Below, in pieces: positions 52,622 through 64,000 of a stretch of DNA of 64,000 nucleotides (the first letter of the stretch is position 1; every line of letters begins with the position of its first letter). The DNA comes from Octopus vulgaris (Eukaryota). The position numbers and the translations under genes were made by a program. The stretch is from assembly GCA_951406725.2 (NCBI GenBank), contig OX597830.1, forward strand, positions 25,482,001 through 25,546,000, in the 5' to 3' direction. Under the pieces are notes generated by a model. That model was not told the DNA's origin. It searched no databases and was given only the letters and a program-made list of their open reading frames with translations.

Positions 52622-53649
52622 TACTTTCAGAGAATAACGTGTCTTTTAAAATTAACTCAGTATTCATTAAAAACCAACACCCCCACACCCACACATACAC
52701 ACACACACACACACATACTGTAACACATGAACGCAATATAACAATCCTCACGCTGTTACTGAACGTAAGTAGTTTTCATTCTGCTTCCATCAGACAGCAT
52801 TTTATGTCTTCTCTAGATGGAATCACAAGCAATGGGATTAATAGATTTTCGCATTACGTGTATTTATAATAAAATTAGGTGTATTTACATTAAAATTTAA
52901 AAAGCAGTTGAAACTGTGCGTGTCTAACACCAAAATGTTAACCATTTACTGAATTAGACACTAAATTCTATGCATTAAATTAGTTTTATTTTGGGTTCAA
53001 AATCACTTAATATTTGTATATTTAATAATTAATATCCATGATTTCATTCTGGTTAGACATTGCATATCTTACCTACACAGACAGCCTGTTCCTGACACCC
53101 TCCACCATACATACATATTTAAGTATATGTGGTTAAGCATAAATCAACAACTGAGACACGTATTAAAATAACTACATGTGATTCATCATCTTATACCTCG
53201 GTTGTTAATTTCTGCCTGTGTCACTCTTTGGATAATGAATTTTATATAATATTCTCCAAATGTATGAATAAAATACATCATTTATTTACATAACGCAGTA
53301 AGCACTGTTTTCATTAACATGGACTATGCGCTTTGTGAGATCTTCCCCAACTTTTCTCTCTATCTCCCTATAAGACCAGAATTCAATTCGATTCAAAAAG
53401 TAGTGTTATAAACCTTCAACTGAATACCAACGCCGGAAACCTGTTTGAATTGGTTCACTTTGAAAACGTCGTAAATGACGGGTCCTTGATGAAATTGCAG
53501 CGACTAGGATGCATAATTGCATACGGAACAATGTGCAGTTGCGGCAGTAGAAATATATGTTGGTTTTTATTATTATATATGCTGTAGAAAACATTTTAAT
53601 AAAAAAGTTTTGGATGAGAATAAATTTCCAATCTCTTCTTGATTTTCAA

Positions 53650-53650
<1 letters not shown>

Positions 53651-53744
<94 letters not shown>

Positions 53745-53828
53745 TATATATATATATACACATACATATATATATATATACACATATATATATACACATA
53801 TATACATACATATATACATATATATATA

Positions 53829-53878
<50 letters not shown>

Positions 53879-54009
53879 TATATATATACACACATATATA
53901 TAGAGATACATACACACATACAAATATACATATATACACACACATATATATAGATATATAAACACATACAAATATATATATATATACACACACACACATA
54001 TATATATAT

Positions 54010-54070
<61 letters not shown>

Positions 54071-54108
54071 CATATACATATACATACATACATACATATA
54101 TATATATA
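53651..54108. repeat. (CA)n/(TA)n compound microsatellite
   Basis: Direct read. Confidence 0.95.
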
Positions 54109-54249
54109 AACAAATTTAGTAGGGTATCAAGATACCACTTGCTGTAAATTGAGCTATCGCTCCAAAACACAAATTTCTCTCTATTGAAATACACTCAGTG
54201 AATGCAACGAATATAACAGAAATAGGCTTACCTTGTATGAACTACAGAA

Positions 54250-54410
54250 GCACCAGTGACTTCGTAACTCACTTCTACAGCCGTGTAAACTGGAGCAACA
54301 TGAAATAAAGTGTCCTGCTGAAGAATACCACACAGCCCGGTCTGAGAATCGAACTCATAACCTTACGATTGTAAGCCCAGCGCTCTAATCATTGAAGCAT
54401 GTGCATTCAC
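54250..54410 (-). mobile_element. SINE family C 5' part
   Basis: ctggagcaacatgaaataaagtgtc..gaatcgaactc. Confidence 0.75.
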
Positions 54411-54791
54411 TCTCTCTCTCTCCCTCTACACACACACACATACATACATGATATACACACACACACACATTAATACAAGCATACATACATGCATACACAC
54501 ACATGTATATACATATATGGGGGATTACCCAATACTTATTCGTAGAGTGCTGTTACATTAATTTTTTCAAAGGAAAAGTAGGCTGTGAATTCAAAGTCTC
54601 GACTTGACTACTGTCATGAAATTGTCAGATGATGGCAGGCTGGCCGAAACTTCGAAATCACTCTCAACCTTTTCCTTATAAAATTTGATACACACACACA
54701 TACACACCACAGACATCGTTTTCTTGGCGCCGAGAACACTCTAATCTCTGAAATACATTTACATTTCGGCAACAACATTTTGAAAAAATGC

Positions 54792-55102
54792 GAAGGCATA
54801 TGGCCTAGTGGTTAGAGCAGCGGACTCGCGGTCGAGGGATCGCGGGTTCGAATCTCAGCTCCACATCTAAGCTCCACCTGGCGCCAGCAGAAAGTAATGG
54901 CTTTCGCCACAACCTTCTTTCGCCACAACCTTCTTTCGCCACAACCTTCTTTCGCTACAACCTTCTCTCAGTCTTTCCTCCTGCATCAAGCAGCTCACCT
55001 GCAACAGACCGGCGTCCCGTCCAGGTGGGGAACCTATACGCCAATGAAGCCGGGAAACCAGCCCTTATGAGCCAGGTATGGCTCGAGAAGGAACAAACAA
55101 CA
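54792..55102 (+). mobile_element. SINE family D variant with internal 18-bp tandem repeat
   Basis: ggcctagtggttagagcagcggactcgcgg..gggttcgaatc; (ctttcgccacaaccttct) x~4. Confidence 0.85.
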
Positions 55103-55169
55103 TGTTGTTTCTAGACGTTCTGTAAGGGCCTTTGGGCCAATAAGATCTTGTTGGTCATCCAAGGTTTAG

Positions 55170-55423
55170 ATTTTGTTGGTGCATAATTATTGCGGCTTTT
55201 TTTCAACAAATTTTATTCAACAAAAGCAATAACATGTAACAAAAACATCTTTAAATGATTATTCCGGAGCAGATTCACCATCTACGTCAATTACTGCTTC
55301 CCATTTGCTTAGTAGACGGTCAGACCACCGTCATTTAAAGATGCTTTTCTTAAATATTGTTATTGTTTTTGTTGAATAAAATTTGTTGAAAAAAAGCCGC
55401 AATAATTATGCACCAAACCAATA
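55170..55423. mobile_element. Mariner-derived foldback MITE
   Basis: ~95-bp inverted arms starting ttggtgcataattattgcgg; spacer encodes DRLLSKWEAVIDVDGE on the minus strand. Confidence 0.85.
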
Positions 55424-55507
55424 TAAAAGTAAATAAGTGACTTCACTAGTAATGCGATAAATCTGAAAATTGATGTAGGTACATCTGGTAAAAAAACGGG
55501 TAAAAAC

Positions 55508-55832
55508 TCCCTTCGATGATCATGAAATTGCACCTAGAAAGTTCCTTTCCAAGGCACAAGTCCGGGAAAAGTTGTTTATGGAAGACCAGCACTCGCCCAT
55601 GCATACCAACCTTCCCTTTCCATGCCAGCAATGTTATCCAAGGAAAAAGGCAAAGGTCGATACAGCTTGATGCCAGTGACATCGCAACTCATTTCTACAG
55701 CTGAGTGAACTGGAGCAATGTGAAATAAAGAGTCTTGCTCAAGAACGCAACACACAACCCGGTCCGGGAATCGAACTCGCCACCACATGGTTGTGAGCCC
55801 GACGCTCTACCCACTGAGCAATGCGCCTTCAT
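55508..55832 (-). mobile_element. SINE family C variant
   Basis: Homologous to 29024-29345. Confidence 0.85.
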
Positions 55833-55879
55833 CTAAAACCTTGCATTAAAACTTACTATGAAATGTTATCAAAAGTTCA

Positions 55880-56690
55880 TTTCTCACCGTGGTTAGAAAA
55901 ATATAAGGATCATCTCGACTAATTTCGTCATTTTTTGAAGACTGAACTGAGAACAAACATCCAAAATTTCTCCCCACTGGAAAATTGAAAGCTTACCGCT
56001 ATTTATATCAAGCACAAACCTGAAACAGTAATTGTAATTGGCATAAAGGTGCATTCATTAGTAAATTAATTAATCAATTAATCAATTATGTACTTCACAA
56101 TATTTTTGGTTATCTGAAATTTATGGTAAGTCTAACTTCAATTTTTTTTTAATTAGCCTCGTTATATGTTGCTATCTCACCGTGGATAGAATCCTTTCAT
56201 GATTGTCTTGACCAGTTTAACTAATTTAATCACCATTTTCTTGACACCCAATCGAAAACAAATACGTTTATATAGGTCCCACGGTGGGTTTGATTACTTA
56301 CAACTTTTAATATCGGACACAAACCAGGATGTAACTTGCATAACGGTGCATTCATTTGCGAAAGAGTTAATAAATGAATTAATTAAAAACATCATAATTG
56401 ATTTTGCACTTCACAGCATTTTTGATTAATCTGAAATTTACTGTAACTCTACCATCGAATCGTTTTTCATTAGCCTCGCTACAAAATGTAAACGATTGCA
56501 AACAAATGCTGATATCTCTCAGTAGGGAGGACCATTCCAGAATCTTCTAATCTCATTTTAGAAACTTACTCGAGAATAAATACTTTCATATTCGGCCCAT
56601 GTTGAGATCGGCAACTTATAGCTATTTATATCAGCCATAAACCAGCTGAAATCGCCAGTCTAATTTGCATAACTGCGCATCTTTTGCAGA
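55880..56690. repeat. Diverged ~300-bp tandem repeat, about 2.5 units
   Basis: tctcaccgtgg, gcataa.ggtgcattcatt, acttcaca..atttttg.t.atctgaaattta and attagcctcg recur. Confidence 0.7.
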
Positions 56691-59382
56691 AATATAAACA
56701 TTTGTTTACACTCGTTTACTTTTCGCCGCGAGGCTAATAGCAAAGAAAAACAAAATTATAGGTATATCTGCATAAAGATGTAGATAATCAAATACGTAGA
56801 TAAGTAGGCAGTTAGCTAGTAGATGTATGATCGGTTAAATAGCTGCGTTTGTCACCTATTTACACGTTGAGTATTTTCAGTACAGGAAAATAAAAACAAA
56901 ACATGTTAAGTATGATAGTTTTATTCATATATTCATAGATTTCTCACCGGGATATAATCTGGCGACGAAACGAAACGAAATGAAAGGAAAAACCGAAATG
57001 TTCGGCTCACAACACCTATTTGAATAGCAATAGAAAGTTTGCTGGCCATTTTCTTTCCATAGATAATTCCAAAGAAGCTTTATTGTGCTAACTTCAGGAA
57101 ATGTGTCCGCATATTAGTGGCGTGTATTGTCTTGGCTTGTCTTTTTAAAATAAAAAAAAAGACACAAATATTTTGTATTTACAGAGCTAATGATGGCTGC
57201 ATGTCTCTCTCTCTCTCTCTCTCACTCTCTCTCTAGCTCTCTTTCAGCTGTGACGTCAATAGTTCAGAGAAATACAATAGTGATAGAAATAAAAGAATGA
57301 TGATGGAGATGATTACGATGATTATGGTATTAACAGTAACAAGAACAACGATAATAAAGATTTCTTCATCATACAGCAATGTTGGCTTTATCAGCCTCAA
57401 GGACATATCGTATAATACAAAACATGTCATGTAATAAAACGTGAGGGTGTATCTATAAAAATAAACGGGGGCTTGAGCGAAAATGTAATACAACACGAGA
57501 AACGAACGCTATCATAATGTAGACAAAAACAGCCACCCACAAAGGAGCAGAAAAGCGCCATCTTAGAACAGTGTTTTCAATGGCCTCTGGTGGGGGTTCA
57601 TATAAAATTTTTTGTGGTGGTGGTGGTGAGGTCCACACTAGCAAAATCGTAGAGGTAAATAATAAAAAAAAAACTTTGTTTTAGATTTATTGCAAAGAAC
57701 AGATTTTTTTTGTCAAACGTTTAATATTATTCAGCGTTTCCAGTCATTGAAACAGGTTCTTTCGTGAGAGCTATTGGAAACCTACACAAGTAAATGGGCC
57801 AAAAAACAAAATAGGAATTTTGTAAAGAAGCATCTACAAAACCACCTTGAGAACATGGAATGGTTAGGGGGTTCCACCAGAGTAAAATAGTAACCAAAGT
57901 GATTCCATAGGTAAAAAAAAAAGAAAAAAGTTACGAACGATTGCCCTAGAAGGCTCAAGGAATCCAGTATTTCGATCACTCCCTGACACTTTGTTTTCTT
58001 CTAACTGCAACTTACTGGCAGAATCATGAATTGCCCCTGTCAAGTACACCAGTTTCACAACTTGTACAAAAGGTGGCTATAGTAAAGGAATTTCTATGCT
58101 TGACTGATTCAAAGTTTTGAAGAACAAAGCATTTCATCTCCGGTATAAGTTGAAGTGGAAAGTGAGGATTAAAATAGGGAAGCGCTAACCTTAAAACAAA
58201 TTTGATGGAATTCTATGAGAGTTCAGTTACGAAATTGGCATTTTTGATCGAACCATTGTTCCAACGGACCAACGATCCTGTTCATAACTTTCACAGCTCC
58301 CTCTGTAGACAAGATTAGTTTCGCAAAACCATAAACGACACGGCTAATTAAGAAACAGCGATGTTAGTACAGTGAGACGATGAGGTGATGGCAGTGTGTG
58401 ATTTGAAGGCAGTTTGACTGCTATTTCTACAAATTCTTCCGACCACGTAGTGGCTTCCTCGTCGAATCGTTTAGTTTTATTGTTGACAACGAAGAGAGGG
58501 TGCAATGTTGGCGTGTTTCCTTGACTCGTAGAGTGACTGTGCTTTGGTGTCGATGAATGGCACTGGATTGGCGTGAGTTAATTATCATAAGGTGTTAATC
58601 AGTTCACCATTAGTAAAAAACAAATACATGCTCATACATGTATAGTTGCAACGGAGCACCCCTCCACACCCAAACATCACCGCACACCTACGCCCACACA
58701 CTCTCCTTTACTACACCCGGGCACACAGGACGTTTCCACGCACGCTACCCTTCTCTCTCTCATACACACACATCTATTCATACAAATGCACATAAACCCT
58801 ACAACCACACGTGTCTCATACACCCAGACACGCAAACATCCTATACACCCGGCCACACAAGCATCTCCACGCACGCTACCACCTCTCTCTCTCTCTCTCT
58901 CTTTCTCTCTTTCTCTCTATTTCCCTCTCTCACTTTTTCTCTCCCTCTCTTTCTCTTTCTCTCTCTCTTTCTCTCTATTCCCCCCTCTCTCTCTCTCTTT
59001 CTCTCTCTATTTCTCTCTCTCACTTTTTCTCTCTCTCTTTCTCTTTCTCTCTCTCTTTCACACACAAACATACACACACATTCATCTCTTCATACAGATA
59101 CACATAAACCCTAAAACCACACGTCCCACACGTCTACACACACAGCCAAACACACAAACATCCCATACGTACACACATTGACACCAATAAACACAAACAC
59201 AAGCACATGCACACATCCTCCGCCACACACAAACACACCACCACAAGTCCACGCCTACACTTACATCTTTCCCATACTTTTGCCCTCGTGCTAAAATACA
59301 TATACACATACATCGCCATCCTGCACAACCACCAATACAAAAAACACACATACATGTATAGACGCGCACGTGCACACACACA

Positions 59383-59877
59383 GTTACTCCGTCGATTACG
59401 ACGATGAGTGTACCAGTTGATCCGATCAACAGAACAGCCTGTGCTGGAGCAACGTGAAATAAAGTGGTTGGCACTCCACAAACACATGTGCCCTTCATCA
59501 TCATCATTGTTCGACCGTGGTCGAGACAATAGAATTTACCATGCTACGCCAGACTTCACGGTCCATCGTGGCATTACGGAGGTCCTGTTGCTGGATGCCT
59601 GTATCCCTGGAGATTACATAAGGATAGGAGAGTGTGCGCCCTCTGGTATTGCGAGTAGAAATGTGCCCTTAACGTAGTTATCAGGTGGGATTCAACGTGA
59701 CGCAGAATGTGACAAGGCTGGACCTTTCAATTACAGATGAAACTCACGTTTGACAGCTGAGTGGGCTGGAACAACGTGAAATAACGTGTCTTGCTCAAGG
59801 ACACAACGCGCCGTCGGGTATCGAACTTATGGCCGTACGATAGTGAGTCAAATGCCTTAACCACTAAGCCACGCGAT
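59383..59877 (-). mobile_element. SINE family C pieces interrupted by an RTE LINE 3' end (59495-59660)
   Basis: Insert reads RGRTLSYP.VISRDTG..DLRNA.MDREVWR then a (TGA)n tail on the minus strand. Confidence 0.75.
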
Positions 59878-60410
59878 TGTATTTTTAACTCGCTTAAACA
59901 GTAAATCATTTGTTTCATTTTGGTGCCCCTTTTTTTTTGGTGAAAGCTCTTTATTTGTTCAACCTTTTCAGTGACTAATAATAAAGGAGTTGAATTGAAC
60001 CAGTGCACGTGTTATCAATATTGACAGCCCCAGCATGGCCACAGTCAAATGACTGAAACAAGTAAAAGAATAAAAGAATAAAAGAATATGACTCTTCCTA
60101 GACATATAATATTTCAGCAATTTAGCATTTTTTTCTCCGAATCAGGTGTCTGTGGTAAGTGTCCGTAAGAAACATAGGGGAGGTTTTCGGTTTCTTTGGC
60201 GTATATATTCCTTCTGGGACGTAACGTGGTTTGGAAGGAAGAAAACTTATTACACAGCCACTTCAAGACAATACTCTTCTCAAAAGCGCAATGGATCAAT
60301 AAAAGCCCCTTCTCATAGAACACTGTATAGGAGAATATATTACTCAAAGAAATTCCAGCTCTGACTTTTACGTTTTATTTACAATATTATAAAGATATAA
60401 TATAAGATAA

Positions 60411-60808
60411 TCTTTATATATAAAAGTAAGGTTGTGTGTCTGTCTCCTACGATTTAGATTCCTAACTACTCCCACATTTTGCGGTGCAGTTTAACCAAAA
60501 CCGGGTATCTTATAGTCGTGATTCATATCGAGCCCTTCTGGGTATTAGCGCGCGTCTACGATGAGTCTACGATTTTAAAAATAATTTACCATCATTTTTT
60601 CCATTTTAATGCATTTTTCGCTATTATATAAGGGAAGTAACTCTCTAAAAATGTCTGCGACGAGTCAACGATTAAAAATTAAAAATTACCATCATTTTTT
60701 TTTCCATTTTTAATGCATTTTTTTGCTATTTTTTGGCTATAACTCTCTAAAAATGCTTATATAGTTATTTCCCTTACAAATCCGAGCAACGCCGGGCGAT
60801 ACTGCTAG
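60411..60808 (+). mobile_element. Non-autonomous Helitron
   Basis: A|TC start; ccgagcaacgccggg hairpin; CTAG|T end. Confidence 0.88.
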
Positions 60809-60921
60809 TATAATATAATGAAATGATAGAATATTAAATGTCCATTCTAATTGAACTAGTATTTTCATGCATTAAACTATGCAATCTTCAAGTTCATGTA
60901 GTAGTGGTGGCAGTTATGTTT

Positions 60922-60962
<41 letters not shown>

Positions 60963-61124
60963 TCTATATTATGGTTTTAGATTTTGGCACATGAAACTAT
61001 TAGTAGCGCTTTAATACATGTATTGTGACCTTTAAATAATAATATTCATCTGCCACCAGATGGAGTACTTTTTTTTTTGAATTTTCTATCACGGATCAGT
61101 ACATTATATATATATATATATTTT

Positions 61125-61459
61125 ATCTTTCATTTGATTCAGGCATCAGATTGCAGCCATGCTGGAGCACCGCCTTGAGGAATTTTATTTGAGCGAATCC
61201 ACCCTGGTACTTACATCTTTTAAAGACTTGTAGTTATTTTATCGTTGTCTTTTGCCGAACCATTAAATTTCGGGGTTGTAAACGCACCAACACCGTTAAG
61301 CGGGGACAAACACTGAAACAAAGACACACGCATATAAATAAATACATATATACACGACGGGCTTCTTTCAGTTTCCACTGACAAGGCTTTGGTCGGTCCA
61401 AGGCAATAGTTGAAGACACGCAGTGGAACTGAATCCATGACCATGCGCCTATTTATATA

Positions 61460-61496
<37 letters not shown>

Positions 61497-61690
61497 AAAT
61501 TGGTTTTAGATTTTGGCACAAGGTCAGCAATTTTTAGGGCAGGCGTAAGTCGAATACATCGCTTCCAGTGCTCAACTGGTACTTATTTTATGGAGTCCAA
61601 AAGGCTGAAAGGCAAAGTCAACTTCGGTGGTATTTGAAGTCAGAACGTAAATCAAAGAAGAAATACTGCTAAACATTTTGTCTGGCGCAT
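61125..61690 (-). mobile_element. SINE family B (61125-61445) and family A (61500-61690), diverged
   Basis: Family-diagnostic motifs as above. Confidence 0.75.
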
Positions 61691-61918
61691 TCCTTTATAT
61701 CATGTTACAGTACCTATTTCATGTTACATATGTTTCAGTAATCGGCAACACATGACATCACAGTATAAATGCAATTGTATTACATCATAGCACGCCTTTG
61801 ACTGTGGAGGATCAGTGTGTACCCGCGGTTATGGGAGCTGAACGCAAGAAAGACTAGAGCCGAAACCTGAATGGTGCATCGGATCATACGTATGTATGAA
61901 CAAATATATATAGATATA

Positions 61919-63205
61919 TCAGGTCATTAAGAATGAAATGTCCGATTTCCTTATGCATCCAGTTTGCAAGTCCTTAACTCTAATGTTCTATCTTGACAAT
62001 TCTTTGTTTCACAACATTGAAAAAGTACATCATCACTTTTCGAAATGCAATTAATGATGTCTGGTTATATTGTGAGTTTTCTCATGTAAATCAATTTTTG
62101 TGAACCCATGGACAGATAAAAAATTCGTGTTGTTTATAAATATGAGTTCCGTCATGGAATCAATGTATCCCAGACAGCTCGAAACATCAATGTGGTGTTT
62201 GGTGAAGATGTGGCGAATGAGCGCACTGTACGTCGATAGTTTGAGAAGTTCCGGCTTGGTGACTTTACTCTTGAAAATCAGACCCGTGCTAGATCTGAAA
62301 CCAAGGTGGATAATGATGAGCTGGAAACTGTAGTGGAAGCATATACATCACAAACTACGCGTGAGTTAACAACAAGGTTTGATGTTTCGATTCCGACTGT
62401 ATTGGACCAATTGAAAAAATCGGCAAGGTAAAGCAGCTGGATAAGTGGGTACCACACGAACTGAACGAGCATCAAATGACATGTTGTCTTGAACCTTACT
62501 GTCCTTTGCTGTTACGGCATAAAGGCGATCCATTTTTGCATCGTATTGTTATGTGTGATGAAAAATGGATTCTTTTCAACAATAGCAAGCATTCTGTACG
62601 GTGATTGGATAGAGACAAGGTGCCAAAACAACAATCCAAAAAATAATAATCACCAAAAAAAGCTAATGGTGTCTGTTTGGTGGTTTAGCGCTGGTATCAT
62701 CCACAACAGCTTCATGAGACCTGGTAAGTCAATTACAGCGGATATATATATTAATCAATTGGATGAAATGATGAGTGAACTTGCAGTTAAACAACTGAGA
62801 TTGGTCGATAGAGAAAGGCCAATTGTCTTGCAAGACAATGCTCGACTACATGTTGCACAAAGAACGCTACTCAAGTTACAGGAACTGAACTTGGAAGTAC
62901 TCTGTCATCCACCATATTCGTCATACCTTACACCAACTGGCTATTACATTTTCCAACCATTAGACAACATTTTGCAAGGAAAAAAATCTTCAAATATGAA
63001 GAAGATGCCAAAACAGTCTTTTGTGATTTTATCACCTCTTGCTTTCCAGTATTCTTCGGTGCCGGCGTATATAAGCTACCAATAAAATGGCAAAATTGTG
63101 TTGATAATTTAGGCGCATACTTTGATCAACTGTATTGCTTTTTGTTGAGATAAAGTAAAATAAACTTTCAGTTCAAAATCGGACATTTCATTCTTAATGG
63201 CCTGA
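61919..63205 (+). mobile_element. Full-length decayed mariner transposon (DD34D-type)
   Basis: 30-bp TIRs tcaggtcattaagaatgaaatgtccgattt / aaatcggacatttcattcttaatggcctga; WVPHEL, CDEKWI, KKLMVSVWW, LQDNAR and HPPYS motifs with stops and frameshifts. Confidence 0.92.
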
Positions 63206-63206
63206 T

Positions 63207-63274
<68 letters not shown>

Positions 63275-64000
63275 AAATATAAATCATTAAAGTGGCTTAT
63301 TCGCAATTTACAACCAAAACACACAAGTATAGACGTCACACTTAGTCACCTTAGGGATGTATTTACATGTCCCTTATATATATATATATATAAATACAAA
63401 CTCTCTCACGCTTATGTTTACGTAAATATAATCTAGATGTTCAGACAGGTGAAATAATACTCAGTTCTGAATACATGTCTGCATATCTACATATATCCAT
63501 GTTGTCGATTGCATTCATTCGTCCGACGCTATCGATGTATTGGTTTATTGATTCACTTCATTACCACCTTGTGTTTCTCTTGATATAAGTTCAGACTTTA
63601 AAAATGCAATGGACTGCCTCAGTGAGAGAGAAAAAAAAACAAAAAAACTTCTGCTTAAAATATAGCATAGTCTAACAAAATGATAGAAATCACGCCATAT
63701 AACCTTTACCTAGCTATAGGCAGAAGGTCTGAAATTTATAAGGAGGGAGCTAGTCAATTACATAGACCCCAGGCAATAAAAAAGAAAATCTTAATCGCTA
63801 TCTGACAATATCGTAAGATTCCGGCGCTGTGCGTTTTCAGTTCAGATCCTACAGAGGTCAACTTTGCCTTTCGTCTTTCCAAGATCGATTCATATAAAAT
63901 CTGTTATGTATTGGAATCTAATCATTTCTATGACTGTGTGTATCTCCTTCTTTAGAATAAGTTAAGTTAAGCACTAAGTAGGGTTCTAGAGGAACCGCAC

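Noticed and set aside
60100-60160. Possible HHR gacacctgatt...gctgaaa on the minus strand
   Set aside because: Core lacks the GA after CTGAN and stem II is unconvincing

Overview
AT-rich, microsatellite-dense, gene-poor eukaryotic DNA. The SINE families and repeat style point to an octopus (cephalopod) genome; this is inference from recognition, not a database hit. No intact host protein-coding gene is recognisable, and most listed ORFs are microsatellite artefacts. The window is a transposon graveyard: about 40 tRNA-derived SINE copies in several families, decayed LINEs (RTE, CR1-group, R4/Dong-like), a Penelope-like (PLE) RT/GIY-YIG remnant, mariner/Tc1, hAT and Helitron elements, and MITEs. 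The standout signal is a dense set of minimal type I hammerhead ribozyme (HHR) motifs, about 10 clear and a few degenerate, in at least 6 unrelated non-autonomous repeat families. Most show Penelope-style inverted-terminus architecture and abut (TA)n tracts. The three most notable are: (i) a 2.2 kb RT-less element (36069-38295) with ~230 bp HHR-bearing inverted termini around an ORF1/Gag-like CCHC zinc-knuckle gene; (ii) a tRNA-headed SINE ending in an HHR with an inverted Penelope-type tail and a TSD (1335-1658); (iii) a ~358 nt retrozyme-like monomer (21772-22403). Coordinates were read by eye and may be off by a few bases.
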